Of a DNA stretch of 64,000 nucleotides, positions 18,892 to 33,800 are shown in pieces; within the stretch, counting starts at the first letter, position 1, and every line of letters starts with the position of its first letter. The notes under the pieces were generated by a model, which saw nothing but the letters and a program-made list of their open reading frames with translations, made no database searches and was not told the DNA's origin. The stretch covers positions 434,001 through 498,000 of the forward strand of contig MU057398.1 of assembly GCA_013265495.1 (NCBI GenBank). The letters are read 5' to 3'. The position numbers were made by a program, and so were the translations under genes. The DNA comes from Vicugna vicugna (lineage: Eukaryota).

Positions 18892-21800
18892 TCAGACGGT
18901 GGTGACGGAGAGGAGTGGGTTGTAGACCCGCGTGCCGTCAGCCGAGCGAGTGCCGTGGGCCAGCATCTCCTGGATGGTGATCCAGTTGTCCAGGATCTTC
19001 TTGTTCCGCTTCTTCATGGTTTTGCGGTGGCTCAAGGCAATGATGTTGAGCTCAGCCTTGCTTTCGCCATTCTGCTGCTCCCTCAGGCACTCCAGCCGGC
19101 TCTGCATCATGAACTCGCGCCGCTTCCGCTGCTCCCGGGCCCGGATCAGGTGCTGCTTCCGCTCCTCCTTGCTCCAATAGCGGCCCATCTTCATCTCGCT
19201 CACCGCGTCGTCGTCGGTGGTCATACCGCTGCGCTCCTCCCGGATCTTCAGGGCCCGGGCTTTCAGGAGGCGGTCGCGCACCGGTCGCTTGGCTACGTAG
19301 CGGGTCCCATCGCTGCGCACTTTGACCTTCCACTCCATGCGGGGCGCATCTGGGACTGTGGCCGCCGCCCCGCCCACCCGGGGGCCAGCAGCCAAACTCA
19401 AGGGGCCGTGGCCCAGCTCCTCCAGGCCACGAGGCGGGGCCAGTTGCATGCAGCTGTGGTAGTGCTCACCCTCCTGGCCCTGGGCACGGTGACGCCGAGA
19501 GAGGTAAGGGCTGCCTTCGGGGCCCGCCCGCTCCAGGGGCACCCCAGCCTTGGGGCTGCGACGGACACGCTCTTCTGCATGCTGCCTCCGGCCCACCTCA
19601 GGATCCCGGGAGAGGGAGCGGAACTTGGTGGGACTCCCCTGCGGGGGCGCGGCCTTGGGGTGGGTGGTGATAGGGGGTCCGGAGGGGGTCCGGTTCAAGT
19701 TGGAGTTTCCAGCCGTGGCCCGCCTCAGAGGGCTCTCCAGCAGGGGCTCCGTGAGCAATGGGGTGCTGCGGCAGCTCTCCCCCGTGTTGTAGGCGCTAGT
19801 GCTGTCCTTGTCCGACTTCTCGGGCAGCTCAGAGATGTCAGACAGCTCGTGCTTCTTGGGCTCGCTGGCCCCCAGGTCGTAGAGGCTCTCCTCCTCCAGC
19901 AGCCAGGCCTTCATGCAGCGCTCCCGCAGCTGCTGCATCTTCTGCGCCCGCAGGATGTTGCGGCACTTGAACTCCAGGTGCCGCAGCTCCTCCTCCAGCA
20001 CGGCCATCTCGTGGCCCACGCTCTCGTTGCGGTTGACGTCCAGGGCACCATGGCCGCCCGAGGCCCGAGGGAAGAGGAGGCCCAGCGGGTTGCCGTTCTC
20101 CAGGTGGCACTTGATTTCCAGTAACTCGCGGTAGCGCTCGTACTCTTCATCAGTGAGGCCCGGGACGTCGCCACCGCCGCTCCCCAGCCCTGCCCCATCG
20201 GCCAGCAGGGAGTCCATGCTGAAGTGGAAGTCGCGGCTCTGCAGGGCGTCCCCTTGCAGGCTGAACTTGCGCAGGGGCCCGGGCGTGTTGGTGGTGCTCA
20301 GGGGCTCGTCCCCCAGCAGGTCGTGTTCCGAGCTCTCCTCATTGCGGGTGCTCTCGTCAGTCCGGCCCACCCCGCTGTCCAACTCTTGGCTGTTGCTCAG
20401 GCCTGGTCCCACATCAGGAGCTCCTTTCTCCTCTTCGTTTCCAAGCTGAGGCAGACAGATGAGCCCCTCTTAGTCTGGGCCCCAGGGGTGCAGGCACCAC
20501 AGGAGGATGGTAAGGCTTTCCGGGGGTCCATCTCCCACCCCCCCCCCGCCCCTTCCCTCCTCCTCACCCTCCCCATGACTCACCCGCTCTTCCTCCTTCC
20601 TCACCTGCTGGGCAGGGGGGGACTTCAGCTTCCGCCCACGCAAATCCCCCTCATTCTCAGAGCCAAAGTCATCCAGGAAGTCATCCCGGTCACTGTCCTT
20701 CCACCGCTTGGCCAGCTGCAGAGACAGGTCTGTGCTGTCCCCACTGCCTTAAGAACCTCCCCAGACACCCCTCCAGTTGCCACTAGGTCCCAGCCCACTC
20801 AGCCGTCAGGGGCCAGAAGGGGAAACGGGCCCTGGGACACCGCCCACCCTCCATCAGCACCAGGTTGTTGGCATGTCTGTGCCCTCGTTAGCAGTTTTCA
20901 AGACAGAAAGTCTGATGTCAGGGGACCCAGGACACCCTGTGGACACACACACCTGACTCTCAGGCCGGGCCACCAGCAGGGAGATGTTGGTGTTCTCCTC
21001 CTGGCTCAGGATGGCCACTGCTTCTTCCCGGTTCTGGACGTCCACACCATTTATCTGTGGCAGGCCAAGGGACAATCAACAAGGACCACAAGGCTGGCTG
21101 TGGGGCAGGCCCCCGTTGAGCCACAGGGATCCCCTCGCAGGGCGCTCCTAACCTAACAGGCTCTTGAGTTGTGGTGAGAAGGAAACAAGGAGAAGGTGCC
21201 GGGGAAGAAGACAGCTGGGCCCGTGCAAAGGCACGAGTGCTCAGAGACCAGCTGCAGCAGGAGATGTGCTCACTTCTGGGGGACGGAGGGCAAGGCTGGC
21301 AAGGGGCCAGAGCAGCACAGGCCCTTGAGACCAGCAGATCCCACCAGCACACAGCAGCCACCCACGCAGTTGTGCAGGAGAAAGATGAGACCTAGCCCTG
21401 GATTCAGGCACGGCAGGATGCCTGGCATCCAGCTAGGCTCTCAGCAGGGGAGTGCGGGGATTGGCTAAGGGAGTTGGCGGGGCACTCAGCCTGCCTGCCC
21501 CACTCACCTGGATGATTCGGTCTCCCTCGCGGATCCGGCCATCTTTGGCTGCAATGCTATTGGGATTCACCTGCAAGGCACACGCATCACGGGGACTTGG
21601 CACCTTCCACGAAGGTGCCCTTTCGGTAGGAAGGGGTAGCCCTGCCTTGGGGACCCCAAAGCAAACTGGGGGCTGTTTTTTTAGCATGGGAAAGTATGGG
21701 AAAGTACCCAGACATCTGTCAGACAGGACGGAGAGAATGACCCCTGTGATCACCGAGAGGGCTGGCTGCAGGACGTGGGAGGGAGAACAAAGCCTGACCA

Positions 21801-24800
21801 GGACCTCATCCCGCCTGCCTGCTGCCCACTGTGGGCACAGGTCTCCTGAGGAAGACTGCCTGGCCAGACACACTGGAGCCATCGGCTGCCTTGGCCTCAC
21901 AAACTGGCATCAGGCATCCTTGTGATGCTAAGCTGGGCCCTTATGGGCAGCCTCAGAGCCCTGAGCAGTATGGCAAGGCTGTGGGGACAGGCTGGTGTGG
22001 GGATTCTTCACGTGGCAGATCCTGCCCCCACACCTGCTACCAGGGGAGCCCAGCTTCCTCCCTAGTGCTGGACAGATGGGCATCAAAGTCCCTCTGTGAG
22101 ATCCTAGCACACAACACAGGAAGGTGGCATGGAGCTCCACTACTTTTGTGAAGACCCCACTCCCGCACCCCACCTTCATACCTCCCCAACGTAGATGCCC
22201 AGGTCCTCCTCATCATCAGTGCGGTAGCAAACCATCAGGCCCAGCTTGTCCCGGTGGCTGGTTTTATATAGCTCCACCTCCTGCCACAGGGGGGGATAGG
22301 AGAAGCAGAGGAAGAAAGCCCCAGACACATGTGAGCAAGGTCACAGGCTGCAGGGGCGGCAGTTTCGGCCCAGCCCTCACTCCCAGGAGCATGTCACCTG
22401 AGCTGAGCTGAGTTTTCAAGGGCCTCTCTTCCCATCCCAAATGGTGCGTGTGTCTGGTGGTCTCCCCACCATGAAATGCTCAGACACACACAAGACACAT
22501 GGGACGCACAGGATACAGACATGTGCGGAACACAGACCAACATAGACTGACCCGACCCGTGCCCTCCCCGACTCAGCTCAACTTGACCCAGGAGCCTGAG
22601 TAATGGGCTACACACAGGAAAGGGCCACAAGGCCCAGCCTCCTGGGGGGCAGCAGGAGCCAGGCCTGAGCTGGGCTGCAGACAGCCATCCTGGGGGCCGG
22701 CTCCTGACGCTGGCCGCCCAGCTCACCTCATACTCCAGCTCGTCCATACGGTCTGCCTCCTGTGGGCCGCCCTCCATGAACTCCGCCGGGTCATAATACT
22801 CATGGCTGATGGGGGGGCTGCCCAGGAGAAGGGGGGCGTCAGGCTAGCCATCTGCTCCTTTCTCTCCCTAGCCCCAGCTCCCAGGCTGGCCAGTCCCAGT
22901 GCACTCAGCTTGGAGCCCTGCTCTGGGTGGCCCCTTGGAAGGAGGTGGCCCAGCTACCTCTTCTGGAACCCCTTCCTTCTGAGCTTCATGCATCCATGCA
23001 AAGACCGGGAATGCTTCCTGAACAGGAGTGCGAGGGCATCTGCACTGAGGACCCAGGAATGCCTAGCTCTCCCTGCCCTGTCCCACCCCACCCTGTCCCG
23101 CCCCCCAGCCCAGACTCCTCCCACCATGCCAGCCAGCAGGGACCAACTTCTCCAAAATGCGGGTACCCCTCCCACCCGGCCCTGGCCCCACTCATGCAAT
23201 GCCCCCAGGAGTTATCCAGGCCCTGGAGGACTGCTGGGGAGCGGAGGAGGACCCACTCTACCTCCAGGGATAGTCCTCCGTGTCCCGAGGCTAAGCTCGG
23301 CTGCTGCCAGCCCTGGGCCTACCTCTCTGCGGAGGAGGGATCCCGAGACAAGCTCCCTGCCGCCCGGGTTTAGACTAACAAAATGAGTCAGCGCTCACAG
23401 TCATGAGCCACCAGGACTGGATGAGAGGCCCTTCTTCCAAGTGGGCCAAAGAAAGAAGCCGAAGAGATGAAGGAAGTTCAGAGCACGGAGAGGAATGGGA
23501 CAGACAAGGATGCAAGAAGATTCAAGGGGTGATGCTTGTGAGGCAGAAGACAATGGGGCGGCAGAGGAGGAGAGAGGATGGAGGAGTAGGAGCGGAGGAC
23601 CTCAACCTTCCAGCAGCAAGGTCCCAGGATGGTACTCCCTTGGCCCTGGGGGTAGAGACAATGGGGAGCCTGTGTGTCAGACTCCCCTGGCCCTGTTTAC
23701 CAGCTGGCGTCCAGCCTGAGGCTACAGGCCCAGAGATTTCTGAGCCCTGGGGTGCCACAGTCAGCTCTGGAGGCCAAGGAGCGTACTTTCTGCCCGAGAG
23801 GGCAGCCAGTCAGGGTCTCCCCACCACACCCAGAGCTGCAACAAGGTAGCCTCTGAGTGGCATGGGGACGGCTGCGCCAAGTGGCGTGCCCTGTCTGGAA
23901 GCAGGGCCTGGGGCCCTCCTGAGGGCGACTCACAGCTCAGACAGGACATACGGCTCCAGGATGACCACAGGTGGGGTGGGCGGGTGCAGCTTGCCCAGCG
24001 CCATGATATGCTCGAAGGTGATGTCGGTCTGCGTGCCACTGTCCACCAGCTGCAGGTCATGGCAGGAGCTGTCCCCCCGGAGACGGGGACTGCGTCTCAG
24101 CACCTGGATCACCAGGGGCTCCTTGGAGGAGCGCAGGGCCTCCAGGGTTTGCTCCTGAGAGAGCTTGGAGAGCTCTTTCCCGTTTACCTGCAGCAGAGAC
24201 ACGCCCCCGTGAGGACACACCCCCATGAGCTCTAATCTTCTCAGCCAAGGAATCAGCCCTCTGCTCTGCTGACCCTGGTGCCTTCATTCCCAGGCGAATC
24301 CCACTTCTCAACCCTGCCCCAACACACTGCTGTCTGGGGTTCACAGGGCCACACCCTGAAGGCCGTGGTGACCTATGCCAGTGGGAGTCAGTCAACAAAT
24401 GGGTTCAAGTGGGAGGGTCGGAAGAGTAAGCAGACTCAAAGGATAAGATCTCTGTCCCCCAGGCAGCAGCGGCCTCACTGCAGAAGAAAGGCCAAGCCTA
24501 GGAGAGGTGCCAAGGAAGTGGGTTCCTGGTGGGCATCTCCCCTGGATCCTGACCCTGACAACCCATTTCGCAAATGAGGAGACTGAGGCTTGGCAAGACG
24601 AAAGGAGTGAGTAGGGTCATGAGCCAGGCTGGGCTGGTCAGAGTGGGAGACAGGGAAGGAGGCGGCCATCACAGGCTAGGGGCCCAGGAGAAGGCTGGAT
24701 TAGAGCAGCCTCAAGGGAAGAAGGGGTCCTCCTTGGTAGGGAGGCGAGCAGACTAAGGACGGAACAGAATTCCAGGCATATGTTATGGGGCCAGTGAGGG

Positions 24801-27800
24801 GGAATTAGAAAGCAATTCCTGGAGGAAGGGAATGGTACAGGGTCCTCTTATCCACTCATTAGCTTGGAAGGGCTGTCCTGGGCCTGGGGAGACCACACAC
24901 TATCAATGACACCCCAGATGGCCACACCCAGCCATTCAGTGCTGAAACAGACCCTCCCGGAGAGCTGCAGAGGAAGCCCAGGAAGAGGGCGGGGCAGGCT
25001 CCCTGAGCCAGGAAAAGTCGGGGAGGTTGGTTTTCAGGCAGAAGCAAAGTACCCGGACAGTCAGCACGGAAAGTACGGAGCCCAGGGACCCAGCACCTGC
25101 CCATGGAAGAGCTTCTACAGGATGAGGGGGAGAAGGGCCCCATGAGGGCAAGGGCACACGGGCACGAGTTGTCCCAGTCTTCACATCGTCACAGCGCCAC
25201 CTCCTTCCCTGGGTGTCTCGGGGTGGGGGGGGTAGGGTTCTTCTGGGCTGCAGGCTCCTAGATGTCATTCCAGGAAGCCAGGCTGCCTTAGGAAAGCACA
25301 GGGAGTCCCAGGGATCCCTGGCCAGCCAACGGCTCTTCTGAGCCATGGAACCCAGATAATCACCTTTCTGCTACTTGGTTACATCCTTGTAGGTCATAAT
25401 TGCAGTTTTTATGTCTCCCCTCTCCCCAAACTTTGCATGGTCAGAAAAGATTTTTCCAATCAATTTAGTCTCATTAAGAAAGAAACATAGGTTTGTTGGA
25501 GAACATTTGAAAAATACAGAAAACCACAAGGAAGAAAACAAAAATCACCCATCATCTCCAAGACAGAAATGCTGTTAAATGTGCAGGCACATTTCCTTCC
25601 TAGTCTTTCCCTGCATTGTGACCGCAGGCCCCGAGGCCTGGAGCACACCAGCCTGTGTGTGGACCAGCCAGTGTATTGGGTTAGTCCCTACTGTCCATCA
25701 CTAGTGGGTTTCAATTTTGTTTTATTATAAAGAAGCTTTTGCAAAGACAGATTTTTGTACATCTTGTGCATATTTTCTACATCCATCTTTGTGTAATCCA
25801 GAGTTGCTATGTTAGAGAAAATTTCTAGAACTGGAATTAATGGATCAAAGAGTATAAAGGAAACAGCTTGTCGGCCAAGAGGATCCTCATTTCCAACTAA
25901 TGGTAAGTGTAGGATTGTGGTCAGTAGAAACCAACAGGTTCCAGACAGCCGGAGAGGCTGCAGTTATAAAGGGAGTATGGGGTGGAAGCGGCGTGGCCGG
26001 GAAAGGACTGCAGATATGTATTTGGGAAGGTGTGTGAAGGGCGGTAGCAGAGGGGCCTCAAGGAGTGGCCTTGAAGGCCATAGCCAAAAACTGTTAGGAA
26101 AATTTTGAAGCAGCTGTTAAACACAGCCCTTATGAACATTTAAAGGGTACAAGCTGACAACTAAATGAATTATATTTAAAAAAACAAAAGCAATGAATAC
26201 TCCAAGCTCAGGGCTCTCTATTTTACTACACTTGCCAGTCGTCTGTGCCCTTAGGGTTCCCTGCGTCTGGAAGGACACCACATGATGCTGTGCGACTGCG
26301 CACCTCTTCCCAGCCCCACCCACATTCTGTGACATCAGGCTGGTGGCTGTGGTGGGAATATTTACACCACGGAAATCAACAAACACTGCAAAGCAGGACT
26401 TTTTGTTTCGGAACATTTACCCGCTCCGCAGTGCCTGCAGGTCAAGGGCTTCCATGAGAAATGGAAGGAGGAGCTGTCCTCAGGATCTTCGAAAGGGGAG
26501 ACATTTTGTATTTTCATCGTGTGCAGTGGGAAGCTCAGGTGACACTGAGAAACACCGTGATGTATTTCTCCCTGGAAACGTTACCCATCGGCACCGTTGC
26601 TATGGAAACTGGCCCAGGCCGTGGGGGGTGGTGCATGGTGGGCTGGGATGTCAAGAGGGGGATGGGCACACACACCACCTAAGCACGTCAGATCATAGCG
26701 TGATGCCTCTGACAGCCCAGCAGCCTTCCGCTGACCCACGTGGTGCCAAGCAGGGGCCAATGTCTGGGTGTGGAGGCTTGGAGCTCCTGGACCACTCCTG
26801 CAGGTGAGTGCACGGGCTCCTTCAGTCTCCTCTGTCCTCATCAGTCATAACTGGCCCCAAGAGCTAATGAGGGTGTGTGGGGCAGAGACAGGCCAGGACA
26901 TGTGAGAAATGAGCCCCTCCCAGAAAGGGCGAGAGTCACCAAGAAGGTGGAGGACTATAGAGCAATGAGCAAAGCATGGCGGGGCCAGGCCTTCGTGCCG
27001 GAGCCAGTTCTGCTTCTTCTCCACTGGCCTCAAGCCCTGCCCTCACCCGACCGACAAGAAGAGAAAGACACGCATGCCCTGGCAAAGCTGCCATTTGAAT
27101 GTCCCTGCTCCTGTTCTCTGTGTCTGGACCCAGGCCAGCTTCCCTTCAGAGTTCCTCTCAAGCTGCATGCAAACATCTAAACTGCCGGAGCTCTCCCTCC
27201 CACCCCTGTTCCTACTGCTCCAAACCCATGGCAGGCGATTTCAAAATGGATCCAAGTCCTAAATGGACAAAGCTTTAAAACTACCTTGGAGGGGAGAGAA
27301 CGATGCCTTTATGACGTTGAGGTAGAGAAGCAATTCTTCAGATAAATAATGGGCCAACAAGAATGGAAAAGATACACATTTAAAATATAAACTGTAAAAA
27401 TGTTAAAACTTCCGGACAACAAAAGACACCATGAATACAGCAAAAAGGTAAGACAGGCTAAGAGAAAAGCCTTACAATGCCTAGAAGTGATAAAGGATTA
27501 TCCAGAATAAAGAATTCCTACAAAACACCAGGAAAATACAGAACTCAGTAGGAAAGCAGGTTTTCAAGGAAAAAGGAACCCAAACCAACCCAACAGGCAA
27601 ACACTGGAAACAGCCCAAGGGGTGGGCGTGGGGACGCCAGAGGTCAGGGGGCTGGCCCTCAGCCCGAGCTGGGTGGGGAAGACTTCCCAGAGCTCCTGGA
27701 CAATGCAGCCCTCAGCTCTGCCGCCTTGTCAGCTCCCTGGCCAGGCTGCGGCACCTGGCTCCCTCTTCTACCCAGAAGGAATGCAGGTAGGATCCTGGGT

Positions 27801-30800
27801 AGACATAGGGCCATCAGCTGCACCCAGAACCCTTCAAGTTCGGAGAGAGCAACCCTAGCTAGCTGAGCCATTGTCAAAAAAATCTATTAGAAAATGTAAG
27901 GTTGCGGGTGGTGTGTAGCTCAGTGGTAGAGCATGTGCTTAGCCATGCACAGAAGTCCTGGGTTCAATCCCCAGTCCCTCCTTTAAAAAATAAACAAAGA
28001 AACCTAATTACACCACCCTCCCCCCCAAAATAGATGTTGCCTTCATCAAGTGTAAAACTCCTTCCTTTGGAACAATCCAGAAGAAATCCACTTTATCCTC
28101 CCAACACTTCACATACCTGAAAACCCACTTGAATTGTCCCACATCCCCCTAGCCCCTGTTCCCAGTGGCTTTCGCCTTCTCTAGGGCTCGGAGGCGGTCC
28201 CTGTTGGTCTGGCCACATGCCAGGCCCAATTCTTGGCCTCAGCTGGAAGCTACCTATGGCAGCCAATCCTGCCAGTTTCATAGGGCGCCACCCCACCTGA
28301 GACTGCGCTCTACTCAGGACTCTCCGCACAAGGGCACTCCCTACTGCTGAGATGGGCCCAAGTGGGCAGCCTTGTGGACCACAGTCCCAGCTGGGCTGGA
28401 AGTTGCTTTGCTTCCACTGAGGGCTCTGCAGAAAGGGGCCCCTGCCCTGCTGGGGACAGGGGCCATGAGCCTTAAGGTCCCAAGAGCAGTGGCCACCGCC
28501 GGACTCCGGGGCACCGGGGCACTAAGCTCCCCTCATGCTGGCCAAGCCCATCACAGAGCACGTGCTCCCGTCGGGAATCTTACCCCAGAGGATAAAACAG
28601 GCAACATTTGGGAGGAATTTGTCCATAACTATAACCTTGAAAATGTTCCTCATACCCTTTGATCCAGTAAATCTGCTCTAAGTAAGAGATCCTGAAACAA
28701 TAGGTATTACATGAATTACAAGGATGTTGAGAGCATTCATTATTTTTTTATTATGGTAAAATATACCTAACACAAAAGTTACCGTTTTAACCATTTCAAA
28801 GTGTACAATTCAGTGGCATTTAGTGCATTCACATAGGTATGCAACCATCGTGTCTATTAAATTCCAAGAAATTTTCATTCCCCCCAAAGGGAGGCCCCCT
28901 ACCCATTCTCTCCAAATTCACCCCAGCCCCCGGCACCACCTCCCCATCGCCTTTCTTCCCCTCTAGACATTTCATGTAAGTGGAGTCCGACAGCAGGCGG
29001 TCTGATGTGTCTGGCTTCTTTCCTTAGCATGGTTTCCAGGCCCATCCATATTACAGCAACTGCCAGGACACCATTCCTTTTATGCTGAATACCATTCCAT
29101 CGCATTCTACAATATTCCCTTGTGTGGATGGACCTCGCATTGTCAACAAACATTGGGTGGTTTCCACCTTTGGCGATTGTGAATCATGCTGCTATGAACA
29201 CAAGTCTTTGAATTCCTGTTTTCACATCTTTCGGGTGTATACCTAGAAATGAAGTCGCGTGGCCATATGGTCATTCTATATTGAATTTATTGAGGTATCA
29301 GCATTATTTGGGGGGGGTAATTCGGTTTATTTATTTATTCTTAATGGAGGTACTGGGGGTTGAACCCAGGACTTTGTGCATGCTAAGCATTCACTCTACC
29401 ACTGAGCTATACCTTCCTCGCCCCAGCATTATTCTTAATGCCAAAAACTTTACAACAATCTTAAGCCTGTGTCTACCTCATTTAAGTGTATAGCTGCCCT
29501 ACCAGAGTTTTCCAATAGCAAGTCTGTTTCTCAGAAGACATATAAAACGACACGTGGACTATGATGATTACCATATAAAATGCATGTTTATGGAAGAAGG
29601 CTGAGAAAGAATCCATTGATGGAAATGGAAATCTGAGATTTTTCTTTTTTCCAAACCTTATATAACATGGCTAAAAAGTCTTTTGAAAAAAATACATGTT
29701 TACAAACTTCAAAAAAAAATAGCACAGCTGGACAATTCTTGATATAAAATATTCAGCAGAAAGACCCGCTTGGATCAGCATCACCCCGATTCGGAGAGCA
29801 CGGATCTCCCAGTGGGAGGCAATCTGGCTCAGCTGGAGGCTGGGAGCGAGGTGTGAGACCACTGGGGCTTCATGCTGCCACCAGTGTGTGAGCTCCTAAG
29901 ATGCGTGGGGTTCGTGGGGCTTTTAAAACTATTTTTAATGGATGTACATGTTATGTATGTTCATTGGTATGTGTGTAAGTATAGAATATCACCCAATCAA
30001 TGCTCTCTTTTGGGGGGGGTAATTAGGTTTATTTATTTATAATTTTTTTTGAAGCCTAGGTGACATACAATGTTAGTTTCAGATGTACAGCGAAGTGATT
30101 CAGGTATACTTATACATACGTATATATTTTTTCTTCTCAGATTCTTTTCCATTGTATGTTATTACAAGAAATTAAATATAGCTCCCTGTGCTATACAGTA
30201 GGTCCTTGTCATTTATCTCTTTTATATATAGTAATGTGTGACTGTTAATCCCCAACCCTAATTTATCCGTCCCCTGCCCTTTCCCTTTTGGTAACCATAG
30301 TTTGTTTTCTATGTCCGTGAGGCTATTTTGGTTTGTAAATAGAATGTGCAAAAAAAAATTTATTTATTTAATGAAGGTACTGGGGATTGAACCCAGGACC
30401 TCGTGCATGCTAAACACATGCTCTGCCACCGAGCTTTACCCACCCCCGACCCAGTACTTTCTTTAAAGGACAGGAGGACATTCATGAGAACGGGCAGATG
30501 CTAGCAGTGGTTGGGTGTCTCTGGGAGTTAGTATTTATAAGGGGATTTTTCTTCTCTTTTTTGTTCTTTGCAGCCTTTTCTCCAATGAACATTACTTTTA
30601 CCATCAGAGAGAAGACATTCAAAAGCCACTCGCAGCCTGTGCTATGTTCTGAGTTTTTCTCACTTTCCCTGAGGACCCACTGGCTGCTTTGCGGGTCCCG
30701 GGACGCCCTGGCTGGGAGGGCAGCCTCTGGACTCAGGCCCCCCTGGGTGCTGATTCAGGGGAAACAGTGGCAATCAAGTCCCATCAGATGTCACATCCAG

Positions 30801-33800
30801 ACCTGATCTGAGGAAGCTGGGGAGGCGCTTTCTCCCTCTACTGCCTTCACTTTCCTAACCGCAAAACAGAAGGGGGCCTCCCAGGAGCTTGGGGCCCCAG
30901 AGGGAATGCAGAAGGAGACCAGGTGAGGGGGCAGGGCTTTCATGCCAGGACCGCCTGCCTGGGAGGCGAGGGGATGAATCACAGCTCGCACTCTTGGGGT
31001 AGAGGAGATGAGGCCTGCCATGACCTGCTGCTGGGCTGGGAACCACGCATCAAGGAACCAGGAGGGAGGAGGGACACCCAACAAGCACAAGATGCCCAAC
31101 AGCACTAATCATCAGGAACATACAAGTCAAAATCCACCCCTCACACCCACTAGAGTGGCTGAAATAAAAACACAGAAAATAGTGGTTGATCAGACTGTGG
31201 AGAAATGAAACTCTCATATATTGTTTGTAAGAAAGTCAATGGAGAGAAATGCAAATCAAAGCTACAATGAGGTATCACCTCACACTGGTCAGAATGGCCA
31301 TGATTAAAAGATTACAAATAATAAATGCTGGAGAGGATGTGGAGAAAAGGGAATCCTCCTACTGTTGGTGTGGATGTAAACTGGTGCAGCCACCATAGAG
31401 AACAACGTGGAGGTTCCTTAAAAAACTAAAAATAAAAGTTACCACATGATCCAGCAATCCCACTCTGGGGCGTATATCCAGAAAAAAACTCTAACTCAAC
31501 ATGCACCCCAATGTTCAAAACAGCACTATTAACAATAGCCAAGACATGGAAGCAACCTAAATGTCCATCAACATATGACTAGAGAAAGAAGTGGTGTGTA
31601 TATACGATAGAACACTACTCAGCTGTAAAAAAAAAGAATGACATAATGCAATTTGCAGCAACATGGGCGGACCCAGAGATAACACTGAGTGAAGTAAATC
31701 AGACAGAGAAAGACAAATACCATATGATAGCACTTATATGTGGAATCTTTAAAAAAAAAGGATACAAATGAACTTATTTACAAAACAGAAATAGACTCAC
31801 AGACAGAAAATAAACTTATGGTTACCAAAGGGGAAAGGGGAGGGGGATAAATTAGGAGTTTGGGATTAATATACACGCTACTATATACAAAATAGATAAA
31901 CAACAAAGACCTACTGTATAGCACACAGATCTATACTCGATATCTTGTAATAACCTATAAATGGAAGGAATCAGAAAAAGAATATAGACATGTATAACTG
32001 AATCACTTTGCCATGCACCTGAAACTAACACAACATTGTAAATCAACTCTACGTCAATAAAAAAATTAAACAATTCTAAAAAGTCACTGGAGCAGTGGAC
32101 ATGGAAAACTGTCTAGAGTTCCCATATGACCCAGCAATACCAAAAGAATTGAAAACAAGCACCCCAAAAAAACTTGTACACAAATGTTTATAGCAGCACT
32201 ATGCTTAATAGCTACAATCTGGAAGCAACCTAAATGTCCAGCAACAGATGGATAAACATAAAATGTAGTAACATTCACACAGCGAATTTAACCACGTAAA
32301 AGGAATGAAGTCCTGCTACAAGCTACAACATGGATGAAAACAGTCTGGCCGAGGAAAGAAGACAGGAACGAAAGGCCACATAGTGTATGATTCCAGAACA
32401 GGCAAAGTAGATGCCTGGTTGCCAGGGGCCAGAGAAAGGGAGTGCCTGCTGAATGGTATGAAGCTCCCCTTTGGGGTGATGAACATGTCCTGGAACTAGA
32501 GAGTGGTGATAACTGAACAACATTGTGAGTGTACTAAATGTCACTAATGGTAAACTTCATGTCATATATATTTTCCCACAAATAAAAAATTAAAACTGCC
32601 ACTCAGATCCACAGAGAGCACCAGGTTTGGGGTCAGGGTTGGGGCAGGAACTGGGGAACTGTTGGGTTTTTTTTAACATTTTTTTGTTGAGTTATAGTCA
32701 TTTTACAATGTTGTGTCAAATTCCAGTGTAGAGCACAATTTTTCAGTTATACATCAACGTACATATATTCATTGTCCCATTTTTTTCCACTGTGAGCTAC
32801 CACATGATCTTGTATATATTTCCCTGCGCTATACAGTATAATCTTGTTTATCTATTCTACATATGCCTGTCAGTATCTACAAATTTTGAACTCCCAGTCT
32901 GTCCCTTCCCACCCCACTCCCCCTTGGCAACCACAAGTCTGTGTTCTATGTCTATGAGTCAGTCTGTCAGAACTGGTTTTATTCAATGCAAATTTTTATC
33001 TCTGATTTGAAGTTCCTGAAACCTGCTGACATCCCCAGTGCCCAACTCCACCTACATGTGTCCCAAACCCAAGCTACCAAACCGGGTGTCACATGACCAT
33101 TGTTACTGAATTCTACAAGGGATTGTTGTTGAATTAAAATCAAGAGATGGAGGAGATCACCTGGGGATTGAGTGTAGACAAGATAAGAGGCTCAAGGAGG
33201 ACCCTGAGGCACCCCAACATTGAACATTTGGGGAGAGAGACTCAGAACTTAAGTCAACCAGAGAGAAAGGAAGCTGAGGAGGGAAGCTGGGTAAGTCAGT
33301 GCACTGAGGAGGGGAAGAGGTGGACTGGATCAGGATGCAGAACGACCCTCTGGACCCTATGGATTTGTTAAAAGGGGGCCGTAGGGAAGGGGGACACCGT
33401 GCTGGCCTGTAGAGACTCAGACTCAGCCTTTGAGAGCTTCTGCAGAGAATGGGGCGGAAGCAGCTTGGGGATGTGGGAGAGAGCCCTCCGTTTTGGTCTG
33501 ACCAGGATAGATGCTTGAGAGATGGATACCTGAGAATGTCTAAACGCTGATGGGAAAGGTAGGTTCAGAAACGGTAAAAATTCAAGATGCCAAAGAGAGC
33601 AAGGAAAAACCTGGAGAAGGCATGGGGCATTTGGGGGGTAAGAGAGGGGAACACAGAGGTGCAGGAGGGAGGGACACGGGGGCAGAAGGGATACCAGTGG
33701 CAGGTGAAAGACGTAGGGGTTGGATGGGGAACATGGGGACAACGAGGGGACACGGGGACAAGAGGGCAGACAAGAGCAACGCAGGAAGCTCAGCTGGCAG

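Noticed and set aside
18955..20124. 389-aa + strand ORF opposite the last PDZD4 exon
   Set aside because: Antisense shadow of GC3-rich coding sequence with no recognisable domain.
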